Assembly: GCA_963741915.1 (NCBI GenBank)
Contig: CAVUJW010000013.1
Coordinates: forward strand, 432,245 to 496,244
DNA length: 64,000 nt
Source of the DNA: an uncultured Chloroflexia bacterium
Lineage (GTDB): Bacteria; Chloroflexota; Limnocylindria; Limnocylindrales; CSP1-4
Reading direction: 5' to 3'
In this document: piece after piece, positions 20,890 to 30,018 of the stretch
Numbering within the stretch: the first letter of the stretch is position 1
Layout: every line of letters begins with the position of its first letter
Notes under the pieces: model-generated
What the model was told of the DNA's origin: nothing
Seen by the model: only the letters and a program-made list of their open reading frames with translations
Database searches by the model: none
Translations under genes and position numbers: made by a program

Positions 20890-21753
20890 ATGCCCATCAA
20901 CCGCCGGCTGGAGACGTTCCTGCTCTCGCCGCTCGGGTTGTTCCTGACCGCCACCGTGGTCATCCCCGCGGTCATCCTGTTCGGCTACTCCCTGTTCGCG
21001 TGGCAGTTCCTTCAGCCCATCGGCGGCCTGACCGCGACCAACTACCTCGAGGCGCTGTCGGAGCCCGTAAACCGGCAGCTGGTCATCAACACCGTGATCA
21101 TCGGCCTCCCCACGACGATCGGGGCGATCCTCGGCGGCTACGCGCTGGCGTACTACACGGTGTTCGGCACCGGCCGGGGCCGGGGGCTCCTGTTCGCGCT
21201 CATCGTGACCGCCCTGATGGCCTCGTACCTCGTCCGCATCTATGCCTGGCGCACCCTGCTCGGCGAGAGCGGGATCATCAACTCCGGCCTGATGGCGCTG
21301 GGCGTCATCCAGGCACCCCTCGAGTTCCTGCTGTTCTCGAGGCCGGCCGCGATCCTCGCCGAGATCTCGCTGTTCATGCCGCTCGCGGCGCTCGCGTTCT
21401 ATGCGGCGCTGGCAGGCATCTCGCCCGACTACCGGGAGGCCAGCCGGGATCTGGGGGCCGGCCGGGCGCAGACCCTGCGTCGCGTCACGCTGCCGCTCAC
21501 GGGACCCGCCATCCTGTCCACCACGGCGCTGACCTTCTTCCTCTCGGCGGGCGACTACGTCACCCCGGTGCTGGTCGGCGGCATCGACTCGTCCACGGTG
21601 GGCACCACGATCGCCACCAAGATGGGACCGGCGGGCGACTACGGCTCGGGCGCCTCGATCTCGTTCCTGGTCCTGCTCGGGTTCGTCCTGCTGTTCCTCG
21701 GCCTCCGGGCCGCCATGCGCGTGGGCCGATTCCTCCCGGAGCGGGCGGCATGA
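20890..21753 (+). CDS. ABC transporter permease, PotB-like
   Basis: SYLVRIYAW, EASRDLGA (EAA loop) and DYVTPVLVGG motifs. Confidence 0.88.
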   Translation: MPINRRLETFLLSPLGLFLTATVVIPAVILFGYSLFAWQFLQPIGGLTATNYLEALSEPVNRQLVINTVIIGLPTTIGAILGGYALAYYTVFGTGRGRGLLFALIVTALMASYLVRIYAWRTLLGESGIINSGLMALGVIQAPLEFLLFSRPAAILAEISLFMPLAALAFYAALAGISPDYREASRDLGAGRAQTLRRVTLPLTGPAILSTTALTFFLSAGDYVTPVLVGGIDSSTVGTTIATKMGPAGDYGSGASISFLVLLGFVLLFLGLRAAMRVGRFLPERAA

Positions 21754-22566
21754 GCCGCCGCGGCGTCCCGTGGCTGGCGACCAGCTGCGTCCTGCTGATG
21801 GTCTTCCTGTATGCGCCGCTGGCCGTGGCGGCCCTGTACGCGTTCAACAGCGGGAGTCGGCTGGCCTGGCCGCCGGAGGGCCTCTCGCTGCGCTGGTTCG
21901 GCTCGATCTTCAACGACGACCTGTTCCGGAAGGCGTTCATTACCAGCATGATCGCGGCGCTCTCGTCCGCGACCATCGCCTCGGTCATCGGCACAGTCGC
22001 CTGCCTGGTGTTCACGCGTCGGTCGAGCCGCCTCTCGCGACTGGTCGAGGCGCTGGGACGGCTGCCTGTGATGCTGCCGCCGCTGTTCATCGGGATCGGG
22101 ATCGTGGCGCTGATGAAGGCCACGCAGTTCTCCCCGTCCCTGATCACGATCGTGGCCGGCCACGTCATCGTCGTCATCCCGTTCGTGATCCTCGTCATCG
22201 CCGCCAGGCTCCGGACGTATCGAGCTCGAGGCCGAGCAGGCGGCCCGGGACCTGGGCGCCACGCCGCTCCAGGTGATCGGCCGCGTGACGCTGCCGATCA
22301 TTGCTCCGGCGATCCTGGGGGCGTTCCTGGTCGCGTTCGCCTTCAGCTTCGACGAGATCCTGATCACGAACTTCACGTCCGGGACGCTGTCGACCGTCCC
22401 GATCTACGTGCTCGGGCGTCTCCGCCGGCTGGTCGACCCTGGGGCCAACGCCGTGGCGGTGATCCTGCTGATCATCCCCTGGATCGCCTTCGGGATCGGG
22501 CAGGTCGTGCTCAAGCGGCTGACCGGCAGCGGCCTGTCCGAGGCGCTCATGCGGCAGGGGCGATGA
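21750..22566 (+). CDS. ABC transporter permease, PotC-like, frameshift near 22220
   Basis: MSRRGVPW...FLYAPL...SLRWF in one frame; EQAARDLGA...FSFDE in the next. Confidence 0.8.
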
Positions 22567-22593
22567 GGGGAGGCGCAGTGGAAGGGTCAGGGC

Positions 22594-23742
22594 ATGGTCG
22601 GTAGCAATCGCGGGACGGCGGATTTGCCCGCCACGCCCGCGAGCGACGCCCTGTCGACGCGGCGGGTGACCAAGCGCTTCGGCAGCGTCACGGCGGTCGA
22701 CGCCGTCGACCTGGATCTTCCCGCCGGGTCGTTCTTCAGCCTGCTCGGGCCCTCGGGCTGCGGCAAGACGACGCTGCTCCGGATGATCGCCGGGCTCGAG
22801 CAGCCCGATTCCGGATCGATCCTGGTGGACGGAGCGGACATCACGCGCCTGCCCCCCGAGCAACGGCCGTTCAACATGGTGTTCCAGCGGTACGCCCTGT
22901 TTCCGCACCTGTCCGTCTACGACAATGTCGCGTTCGGGCTGACCACCGCTCGCTCCGAGCACCCGCCCCGCGACGAGGTGCGACGGCGGGTCGGCGACAT
23001 GCTGTCGCTGGTCGGCCTCCAGGGGTACGAGAAGCGCTGGCCAAGCCAGCTGTCCGGCGGCCAGGAGCAACGGGTCGCCGTGGCAAGGGCGCTCATCCGT
23101 CGGCCGCGCGTGCTGCTCCTCGACGAGCCGATGTCGGCGCTCGATCGCAACGTCCGGCACCAGGTGCGCGAGGAGCTGCTCCGGATCCACAGCGAGCTGG
23201 GTACGACCTTCCTGCTCGTGACCCACGACCAGGACGAGGCGCTGAGCATCAGCGGCATGGTCGGGCTCATGAACCAGGGCCGGCTGGAGCAGGTCGCCCA
23301 CCCCGAAACGCTGTACCGGCATCCGGCGACGCTGTTCGCCGCCCGCTTCATCGGGGCCGGCACCTTCCTCGACGTTCGGGCCGGACGGCCGGCTGACGGG
23401 GCGGTGCCCGTCGAGCTGGGCGCGATCCGCTTCGCGGCGGAGGATGCCGGCGTCACCGGCGGCGAGGCAACGGTGCTCCTGCGGCCGGAGGAGGTCCGCG
23501 TGACGGAGCCCGGCGAGGGGCGGGTCGATGCGCGGGTGCTCACCTGCGCCTTCTTCGGCTCGTACTACGAGCTCACGGCGTCGACCGATCGCGGCACGTT
23601 CCGGCTGCGCGATCCGCAGGTGCACGCACCGGGCGACGTGATCGGCGTCGCCTGGCCCGACAGCGCAGGCATTGCGTACACCCGGGCTGCCGGGTCGGAT
23701 CCCCCCGGCGGCCAGATCGATGAGGCGGCTGGACAACGATGA
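22594..23742 (+). CDS. ABC transporter ATP-binding protein, PotA-like
   Basis: GPSGCGKT, LSGGQ, LLLDEP and VTHDQDEA motifs; C-terminal TOBE-like domain. Confidence 0.92.
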   Translation: MVGSNRGTADLPATPASDALSTRRVTKRFGSVTAVDAVDLDLPAGSFFSLLGPSGCGKTTLLRMIAGLEQPDSGSILVDGADITRLPPEQRPFNMVFQRYALFPHLSVYDNVAFGLTTARSEHPPRDEVRRRVGDMLSLVGLQGYEKRWPSQLSGGQEQRVAVARALIRRPRVLLLDEPMSALDRNVRHQVREELLRIHSELGTTFLLVTHDQDEALSISGMVGLMNQGRLEQVAHPETLYRHPATLFAARFIGAGTFLDVRAGRPADGAVPVELGAIRFAAEDAGVTGGEATVLLRPEEVRVTEPGEGRVDARVLTCAFFGSYYELTASTDRGTFRLRDPQVHAPGDVIGVAWPDSAGIAYTRAAGSDPPGGQIDEAAGQR

Positions 23743-24287
23743 CGACCGACGGCACCGGAACGGAACCACGCGCCACGTCCCCCGCGACGCTCGCGCGCCG
23801 CCTGGATCACGTCGGCATCGTCGTCCGCGACGTGGGGGCGGCCACTCGCTGGTGGACCGAGCGGCTCGGTCTCGAGCTGGTGCACGTCGCCGACGTCCTC
23901 GACGGCTCGATCCGGCTCGCCTACCTCGATCTCGGCGATACGACGCTCCAGCTCGTCCAGCCGCTCGGCCCGGGACCGCTGACCGACTGGCTCGACGTGC
24001 ATGGCGAGGGCTTGCACCACGTCTGCTTCCTGGTGGACGACGTGCCGGCGACGCTCGATGCGCTCGAAGACCAGGGCCGCCGGTTCGTCTACCTCGGCGG
24101 GCGGGGTGCCGACGTCTGCTTCATCGGAGAGACGCCGTGCAACGTCCTGGTCGAGCTCACCGAGCCGACCGACGCCGCATGGGTCCCGGGCGGGACCACG
24201 CCGGTGACGGTGGTGGAGCCGGCGCGCCCGGCCGGTCCGGGCCCGACCGCCCGGCGACCGGACTCGGTGCGCATCGAGGCGAGCTGA
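23739..24287 (+). CDS. VOC family protein, methylmalonyl-CoA-epimerase-like
   Basis: LDHVGIVVRD, LQLVQP, GEGLHHVCFLVDD and LVELTE motifs. Confidence 0.8.
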   Translation: MTTDGTGTEPRATSPATLARRLDHVGIVVRDVGAATRWWTERLGLELVHVADVLDGSIRLAYLDLGDTTLQLVQPLGPGPLTDWLDVHGEGLHHVCFLVDDVPATLDALEDQGRRFVYLGGRGADVCFIGETPCNVLVELTEPTDAAWVPGGTTPVTVVEPARPAGPGPTARRPDSVRIEAS

Positions 24288-24355
24288 CTGGCGCTCGCGT
24301 CACGCGGCGTCAGGCCGGGCGTCCCCACGCCGTCGCCTGGCTGCCGGATCGGTCC

Positions 24356-25117
24356 TCAGGCGCGCGCCACCGCGTCGGCCGCATCTTCGCTTCCGAGCGC
24401 GGCCTCGAGCCGGCGATAGGCGCCGTCCATGTGGGCGTGCATCGCCGCGCGGGCACCATCGACGTCGCCTGCCTCGAGCGCGGCCAGGATGGCGGCATGC
24501 TCGGCCACGGACGGCGCGTAGCTGTCCGCGCTGTGCATCACGCGCGAGATCCATGCCTGGAGCAGGGATCGGATGCCGCCGATGACGCCGCCCAGCGTCT
24601 CGTTGCCCGCCGCCCGCGTCACGCGAAGGTGGAACGCGACATCGGCGGCGACGAAGGCGTCCGGATCCTCCGCGGCGGCGCGCATCTCGGCGAGCAGCCC
24701 GCGCAGCGCCTCGAGGTCCTCCTCGGTCCGGCGGGAGGCCGCCAGCCCGGCCAGGACCTCCTCGAGATGGCGCCGGGCCTCGACCAGGTCCCGGGTCCGC
24801 TTCTGCCCCAGCATGAGGCCCCACTCGACCGACTGGGGCAGGAACTCCGATTCCGTGGTGCGCAGGTAGGTGCCGTCCCCCTGGCGGACGTCGACCAGGC
24901 CCAGCAGGGTGAGGGACTTGAGCGCCTCACGCACCACCGACCGGCCGACGCCGAGGGCCTCGGCGAGCTTCCGCTCGGACGGGATCCGCTCGCCGGGCTG
25001 GACGTTGCCGGTGAGCAGGTAGCTGAGCAGTCGACGGGCGATCTCGGTGGAGACGGTCTCCCGGCGCGCGAGGTCGAGTCGCTCGAGCTGTGCGACGCCG
25101 GGTCGTTGCGTGGTCGT
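24356..25117 (-). CDS. GntR/FadR-family transcriptional regulator (start codon uncertain)
   Basis: PGERIPSERKLAEALGVGRSVVREALKSL wHTH; FCD domain DVAFH...AGN...EHAAIL...MHAH. Confidence 0.88.
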   Translation of the reverse strand, partial: TTTQRPGVAQLERLDLARRETVSTEIARRLLSYLLTGNVQPGERIPSERKLAEALGVGRSVVREALKSLTLLGLVDVRQGDGTYLRTTESEFLPQSVEWGLMLGQKRTRDLVEARRHLEEVLAGLAASRRTEEDLEALRGLLAEMRAAAEDPDAFVAADVAFHLRVTRAAGNETLGGVIGGIRSLLQAWISRVMHSADSYAPSVAEHAAILAALEAGDVDGARAAMHAHMDGAYRRLEAALGSEDAADAVARA

Positions 25118-25182
25118 TGCGGTCCCTCCCAGTCGGCGCGGGGTGCCGGCCCCGCTGCCGAAGGTCAGGATAGGGCTGATCT

Positions 25183-25262
25183 GGCTGACCTGTCGACCAC
25201 ACGCGTTGACACTGGCGATCGGATCGGCGTACGATTCCCGGCAACAGGTCGACCGGTAGACC
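25183..25262 (+). promoter_or_regulatory. Sigma70-type promoter flanked by two motif-A operators
   Basis: TTGACA (25206-25211), 18 nt, TACGAT (25230-25235); GGCTGACC-TGTCGACC at 25183-25198 and GGTCGACC-GGTAGACC at 25247-25262. Confidence 0.7.
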
Positions 25263-25289
25263 AATTTGTTCCGTCGGCGAGGAGGCCCG

Positions 25290-26342
25290 ATGAGCGACAC
25301 GTATTTCGATCGCGTGCGGGCCGCCACCGGGACCCGGTTCTGGGTCAACAACCCCACTTCGGCCGAGCTGGAGCTCGCCCTCGCGAACAGCGCGATGGGG
25401 TGCACCACGAACCCGGCCTACGGCGGGAATCTCGTGCGGCGGGCTCCCGACGAGGTCCTGCCGGTCATCGGTCCCGCGCTGGCGGCGAGCGCCAACGACC
25501 GCGAGGTCGCCGATCTCGTGCAGCAGGAGCTGGTCCGGCGCGTCGCCACCCGGTTCCTGCCCCTGTACGAGCGCACCGGCGGCACCGAGGGGTTCGTGTC
25601 GATCCAGGGCGCGCCCGAGGGGGACGACGATGGTGCCGTGATCCTGCACGAGGCCGAGACCGCCCGGCGGATCGCACCCAACGTCACGCCCAAGATCCCG
25701 GCCACGGCGGCCGGCCTCGAGGCCTTCGTTCGCCTCGTCGAGGCCGGCTCGCAGGTCATCGTCACCGAGGTGTTCAGCGTCGCCCAACTGGTCGAGGTCT
25801 GCGAGCGCTGGCTCGCCGTGACGCGCCGCACCGGCGCGCACCCGCCGTTCTTCATCAGCCCGATCACCGGCATCTTCGGCGACCACCTCAAGAAGGTCGC
25901 GGCGCGCGAGGGGCTGCAGGTCCCGGTCGCCGCCATGGAGATGGCCGGCGTGCTGCTGTCGCGCCATTGCTACCGGGTGGTCCGCGAGCGCGAGTATCCG
26001 GTGACCCTGCTCTACGGAGGGGCGCGGATCCAGCTCGACTTCACGGGGCTGGTGGGTGGTGGGATGGCCGCGACGATCAACTGGAGCACGGCGGAGGAGC
26101 TGCTCCGGGCGGACCTGCCGGTCGTGGCGACGATCACCGACCCCGTGACGCCCGACCTCGAGCAGCTGCTCGTGGCGACCTTCCCCGCGGTTCGGGCGGC
26201 GCTCCGGATCGATGGGCTCGGCGTCGGCGAGTTTGCCGACTTCGGACCGGTTCAACACTTCCGCGACGCGTTCGTCGCGGGCTGGAATGCCGTTCTCGGG
26301 ATGATCGCCGAGCAGCGTCGGGCGCTGGTGCCGGGAGCCTGA
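25290..26342 (+). CDS. Transaldolase-family protein with a divergent active site
   Basis: GCTTNP, GFVSIQ, PKIPAT and TEVFS motifs; GGAGG upstream. Confidence 0.78.
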   Translation: MSDTYFDRVRAATGTRFWVNNPTSAELELALANSAMGCTTNPAYGGNLVRRAPDEVLPVIGPALAASANDREVADLVQQELVRRVATRFLPLYERTGGTEGFVSIQGAPEGDDDGAVILHEAETARRIAPNVTPKIPATAAGLEAFVRLVEAGSQVIVTEVFSVAQLVEVCERWLAVTRRTGAHPPFFISPITGIFGDHLKKVAAREGLQVPVAAMEMAGVLLSRHCYRVVREREYPVTLLYGGARIQLDFTGLVGGGMAATINWSTAEELLRADLPVVATITDPVTPDLEQLLVATFPAVRAALRIDGLGVGEFADFGPVQHFRDAFVAGWNAVLGMIAEQRRALVPGA

Positions 26343-26361
26343 TCCCGGATCGGAGGGACGG

Positions 26362-27141
26362 ATGGACACTGTCGGGCGGCTGACCGGACGCCGGGCCCTC
26401 GTCACGGGTGCCGGCACGGGCATCGGACGATCCGTGGCGATCGCGTTCGCCCGCGAGGGTGCCCGGGTGGGCCTCGTCGGGCGGCGCCTGGAGCCGCTCG
26501 AGGAGACGGCGGAGCGGATCGCCGAGGCGGGTGGCGAGGCTCTGACCCTCAAGGGCGACGTGGGCCGCGAACCCGACGTCGAGGCTGCGTACGCGCGGGC
26601 GACCGAGGCGTTCGGCGGCGTCGACACCGTCGTGGGGGTGGCCGGGATCGAGCTGTACGGGCGCGGCGACGACCGCGTCGACCGGCTGGAGCTCGCGGCC
26701 TGGCAGCGCACCGTGGAGGCCAACCTCACCGGCATGTTCCTGACCCTCAAGCACGGGGCGCGGGCCCTGATCGCCAACGGGGGCGGATGCCTGATCGTCA
26801 CCGGGTCGCCGACCGCGATCCGCGGCCACGCCATGGGCGAGTTCGCGTACAGCTCGACCAAGGCGGGCACCCACGGCATGGTCCGCCAGGCGGCCGTCGA
26901 CCTCGCCGCCGAGCGGATCCGGGTGAACTGCGTGATCCCGGGCATGATCGACACGCCCATCAACGCCGGGTTCTTCGCCATCCCCGGGGCGCGCGCGGAG
27001 GCCGAGGCGAAGATCCCGATGCAGCGCGCCGGCGAGCCCGACGAGGTGGCCGGCATCTACGTCTGGCTCGCGTCGGACGAGGCCTCGTACACGACGGGGG
27101 CATTCTTCGTGATCGACGGCGGGCAGATCTCGCTGTGCTGA
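26362..27141 (+). CDS. SDR family NAD(P)-dependent oxidoreductase
   Basis: TGAGTGIG, YSSTK and PGMIDT motifs. Confidence 0.9.
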   Translation: MDTVGRLTGRRALVTGAGTGIGRSVAIAFAREGARVGLVGRRLEPLEETAERIAEAGGEALTLKGDVGREPDVEAAYARATEAFGGVDTVVGVAGIELYGRGDDRVDRLELAAWQRTVEANLTGMFLTLKHGARALIANGGGCLIVTGSPTAIRGHAMGEFAYSSTKAGTHGMVRQAAVDLAAERIRVNCVIPGMIDTPINAGFFAIPGARAEAEAKIPMQRAGEPDEVAGIYVWLASDEASYTTGAFFVIDGGQISLC

Positions 27142-27187
27142 GGCCGCTGGCACACGGGGCCGGCGGCAGGAAAGGACAGGTGGCGGC

Positions 27188-28135
27188 ATGAAGGTCGTCG
27201 TCGTCGGAGCCGGACAGATGGGCTCCATCTACGGCGCCGCGGCCCACGAGCTTGGGCATCAGACGTGGTTCGTCGACGCCGTGCCGGCGATCGTGGATGC
27301 GATCAACGAGCGCGGCTTGCTCATCGACCGCCGCGACGGTCACCGCGACACCTACTGGGTTCCCGCGACGCTCGATGCGTCGACGATCGACGGGCCGGCG
27401 GACGTGATCCTGTTCCAGACCAAGGGCTGGGCGACGCCGGCGGCCGCCGAGGGCGTCAAGCCGATCGTCGGTCCCGACACCGTCCTGCTCACGCTCCAGA
27501 ACGGTCTCGGCAACGAGGAGGTCCTGCGCGCCGCCTACCCGTCGAGCCAGGTCATGATCGGGATGTCGGTCCACACCGTGATCACGGTCGAGACCGCCCA
27601 CTACTCGCACACTGGGGTGCGCGACACGCATCTCGGCCCATCCGACGACCGGGTCCCGGGCGCGATGGCGGCGGCCGAGCAGGCGGCCAGCGCCTTCCGC
27701 AGCGACGGCTTCTCGGTGGAGGTCCTGCCCGAGCGCGAGATCCGGCGGTCGCAGTGGTCGAAGTTCGTCCTCAACTGCGGGTCCCTGCCGGTGTGCGCGC
27801 TGACCCGGCTGCCGACCGCCATCCTGTTCCACGAGCCGCTGCCGTTCGAGGTGATCGACGACCTGACCCGCGAGACGTGCCGCATCGCGGCGGCGGCCGG
27901 GGTGGAGCTCGATCCCGAGGAGCGGGTGGCCTTCCAGCACGACCTGTTCTCCACCGCGGGTGGCCGGGCATCGATGCTGGGCGACGTCCTGGCCCACCGC
28001 CGGACGGAGATCGACACCATCAACGGGGCCGCCCTCCAGTACGCCGAGCGATACGGTGTGCCGGCCCCCCTCAACCGCGTGATGTTCGACCTGGTGAAGG
28101 GCCTCGAGAAGGCCATCGAGTTGGGTGAAGCATGA
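27188..28135 (+). CDS. Ketopantoate reductase (PanE/ApbA) family oxidoreductase
   Basis: VGAGQMG, TLQNGLG, WSKFVLN, ASMLGD and TEIDTING motifs. Confidence 0.85.
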   Translation: MKVVVVGAGQMGSIYGAAAHELGHQTWFVDAVPAIVDAINERGLLIDRRDGHRDTYWVPATLDASTIDGPADVILFQTKGWATPAAAEGVKPIVGPDTVLLTLQNGLGNEEVLRAAYPSSQVMIGMSVHTVITVETAHYSHTGVRDTHLGPSDDRVPGAMAAAEQAASAFRSDGFSVEVLPEREIRRSQWSKFVLNCGSLPVCALTRLPTAILFHEPLPFEVIDDLTRETCRIAAAAGVELDPEERVAFQHDLFSTAGGRASMLGDVLAHRRTEIDTINGAALQYAERYGVPAPLNRVMFDLVKGLEKAIELGEA

Positions 28136-28986
28136 GCACGAGTCTGCAGTTCCTGGGCGCCTCGGGGTTCGAGGTCGTCGGCCCCCGCTTCCGGATCCTC
28201 ATGGAGCCGTTCCTGCGTGGCAACCCGGTCGCTCCGTACACGCCCGAGAACGTGCCCACCCCCGACCTGATCCTGGTCAGCCACGCCGCCTGGGATCACA
28301 TGGGCGATGCCGCCGAGATCGCCAAGCGCACGGGTGCTCCCGTCGCCTGCCCGGCGGACGTGGCCGAGAAGATGTACGACGAGGGCGTTCCGTTCGACCA
28401 GGTCCGGGCGCTGATCTGGGGCGTGTGCTACGCGTTCGGCGACGTCGTCGTCCGCCCCGTCGAGTGCCACCACTGGACGAGCCTGCAGCTCAAGGACGGC
28501 CGGCCGGTGTCGGGCGTCCCGATCGGCTTCATCGTCGAGACCGAGCCCGGGGTGCGGATCTACCACTTCGGCGACACCACGATCTTCCCCGGGCTCAAGC
28601 TGATCGGGGAGCTCTATCAGCCGACGGTGGGCCTCATCGGCTGCGCCCAGACGGACGGGCTGCCGGATCCCGGCGCGGGCCAGATCCTCACCGGCGAGAT
28701 GAACCCCGACGAGGCAGCCCGCGCGGCCGAGTGGCTGGGCGTCCGCCACCTCGTCGCGACGCACTACATGCACCCCGGCCCCGAGGTGGACGAGCTGCGC
28801 CGGCGTGCCCCCGTCTACGACTCGACCGGCCGCCGGATCGTCCACGCGCCTGCGGCCGGGGACGTGATCACGATCGAGCCGGAGCCCGGCGATCGCCCGT
28901 CGCTCACCTGGGGCGAGACCTCGGGCGCCTGGGACCACACCTACCGGCCGGCGCTCGTCGACGCGCCCATCCCCACCCACGCCTGA
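28132..28986 (+). CDS. Metallo-beta-lactamase-fold hydrolase (UPF0173/UlaG-like)
   Basis: PFLRGNP, SHAAWDHMGD, YHFGDT and ATHY motifs. Confidence 0.78.
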   Translation: MSTSLQFLGASGFEVVGPRFRILMEPFLRGNPVAPYTPENVPTPDLILVSHAAWDHMGDAAEIAKRTGAPVACPADVAEKMYDEGVPFDQVRALIWGVCYAFGDVVVRPVECHHWTSLQLKDGRPVSGVPIGFIVETEPGVRIYHFGDTTIFPGLKLIGELYQPTVGLIGCAQTDGLPDPGAGQILTGEMNPDEAARAAEWLGVRHLVATHYMHPGPEVDELRRRAPVYDSTGRRIVHAPAAGDVITIEPEPGDRPSLTWGETSGAWDHTYRPALVDAPIPTHA

Positions 28987-29002
28987 TCGGAGGAGCGGAA
29001 CC

Positions 29003-29917
29003 ATGCGCCTCGTCCAGTACCAGAACGGCGACCAGCAGGGCGTCGGGGTCATGCGCGGCGACGAGATCGTGTACGCCGGATACGGCGACATGCTCTCGTT
29101 CATCCAGGACGGCGAGCGGGCGATGGATGCCGCCCGCCGGGCGCTCGATTCGGGACGCCCCGTGCACCACGACCGGCTGCTGGCGCCTATCACCAATCCG
29201 GGCAAGATCTTCGGCTCCGGCCCCAACTACCTCGGCCACGGCCAGGAGGACCCCGATTGGGTGCCGGCCGACGAGCCCCAGTGGGACTTCATCAAGCTCA
29301 CCAGCTCGATCACCGGGCCCTATGACGACATCGTGATCCCGCCCGCCGACGACGTCATCAGGCGGGGTCCGGGCAGCAAGGCCAAGTTCGCCGAGGAGTG
29401 GGGGTTCGCCGTCGATTACGAGGTGGAGTTCGGCGTGGTCATGGGCACCACGGCCAAGAATGTCCGCCGCGAGGACGCCTACGACCACGTGTTCGGCTAC
29501 ACGATCATCAACGACGCCGGCTCGCGCAGCGTCCAGTTCTACTTCGGCCAGCGCGACCTGGGCAAGAACTTCGACACGTTCTGCCCGATGGGGCCGTGCA
29601 TCGTGACTCGCGACGAGATCCCCGACGTGCGCGAGGTGCGGGTGGAGGCGTACGTCAACGGCGAGCGCCGGCAGAGCGAGCTCATCGCCGATCAGCTCAA
29701 CCTGCCCGACGTCGCCATCGAATGGCTGAGCTCGATCATCCGTCTCGATCCGGGCGACGTCCTGTCGACCGGCACGCCCGCGGGCTGCGGCACGTTCATG
29801 GACCCGCCCCAGTTCCTCAGGCCGGGCGACGTCGTGAAGTGCACGGCGAGCGGCATCGGGTACATCGAGAACAAGGTCGTCGCCGGGACGGCTCGCACCC
29901 GGCCGGCCGGGTCCTGA
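29003..29917 (+). CDS. Fumarylacetoacetate hydrolase family protein
   Basis: GPNYLGH, DYEVE, ND, KNFDTFCPMGP and STGTPAG motifs. Confidence 0.9.
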   Translation: MRLVQYQNGDQQGVGVMRGDEIVYAGYGDMLSFIQDGERAMDAARRALDSGRPVHHDRLLAPITNPGKIFGSGPNYLGHGQEDPDWVPADEPQWDFIKLTSSITGPYDDIVIPPADDVIRRGPGSKAKFAEEWGFAVDYEVEFGVVMGTTAKNVRREDAYDHVFGYTIINDAGSRSVQFYFGQRDLGKNFDTFCPMGPCIVTRDEIPDVREVRVEAYVNGERRQSELIADQLNLPDVAIEWLSSIIRLDPGDVLSTGTPAGCGTFMDPPQFLRPGDVVKCTASGIGYIENKVVAGTARTRPAGS

Positions 29918-30018
29918 TGTCCCACGGCGACGGCGGGACGATCCGGTGACCGGGCCGTCCCCGGCGCCCCCCGCGCCAGGTGCCGGCCGGGCCGCGGACG
30001 ATGGATCAGGAGGGACCG

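Noticed and set aside
23672-26383. 903-aa ORF and similar long ORFs (2373-5201, 36592-39435, 50946-53756, 18002-20296)
   Set aside because: Largely Arg/Pro/Gly-rich shadow or antisense frames of real genes, expected in high-GC DNA; only the dinB and DUF4432 portions are real
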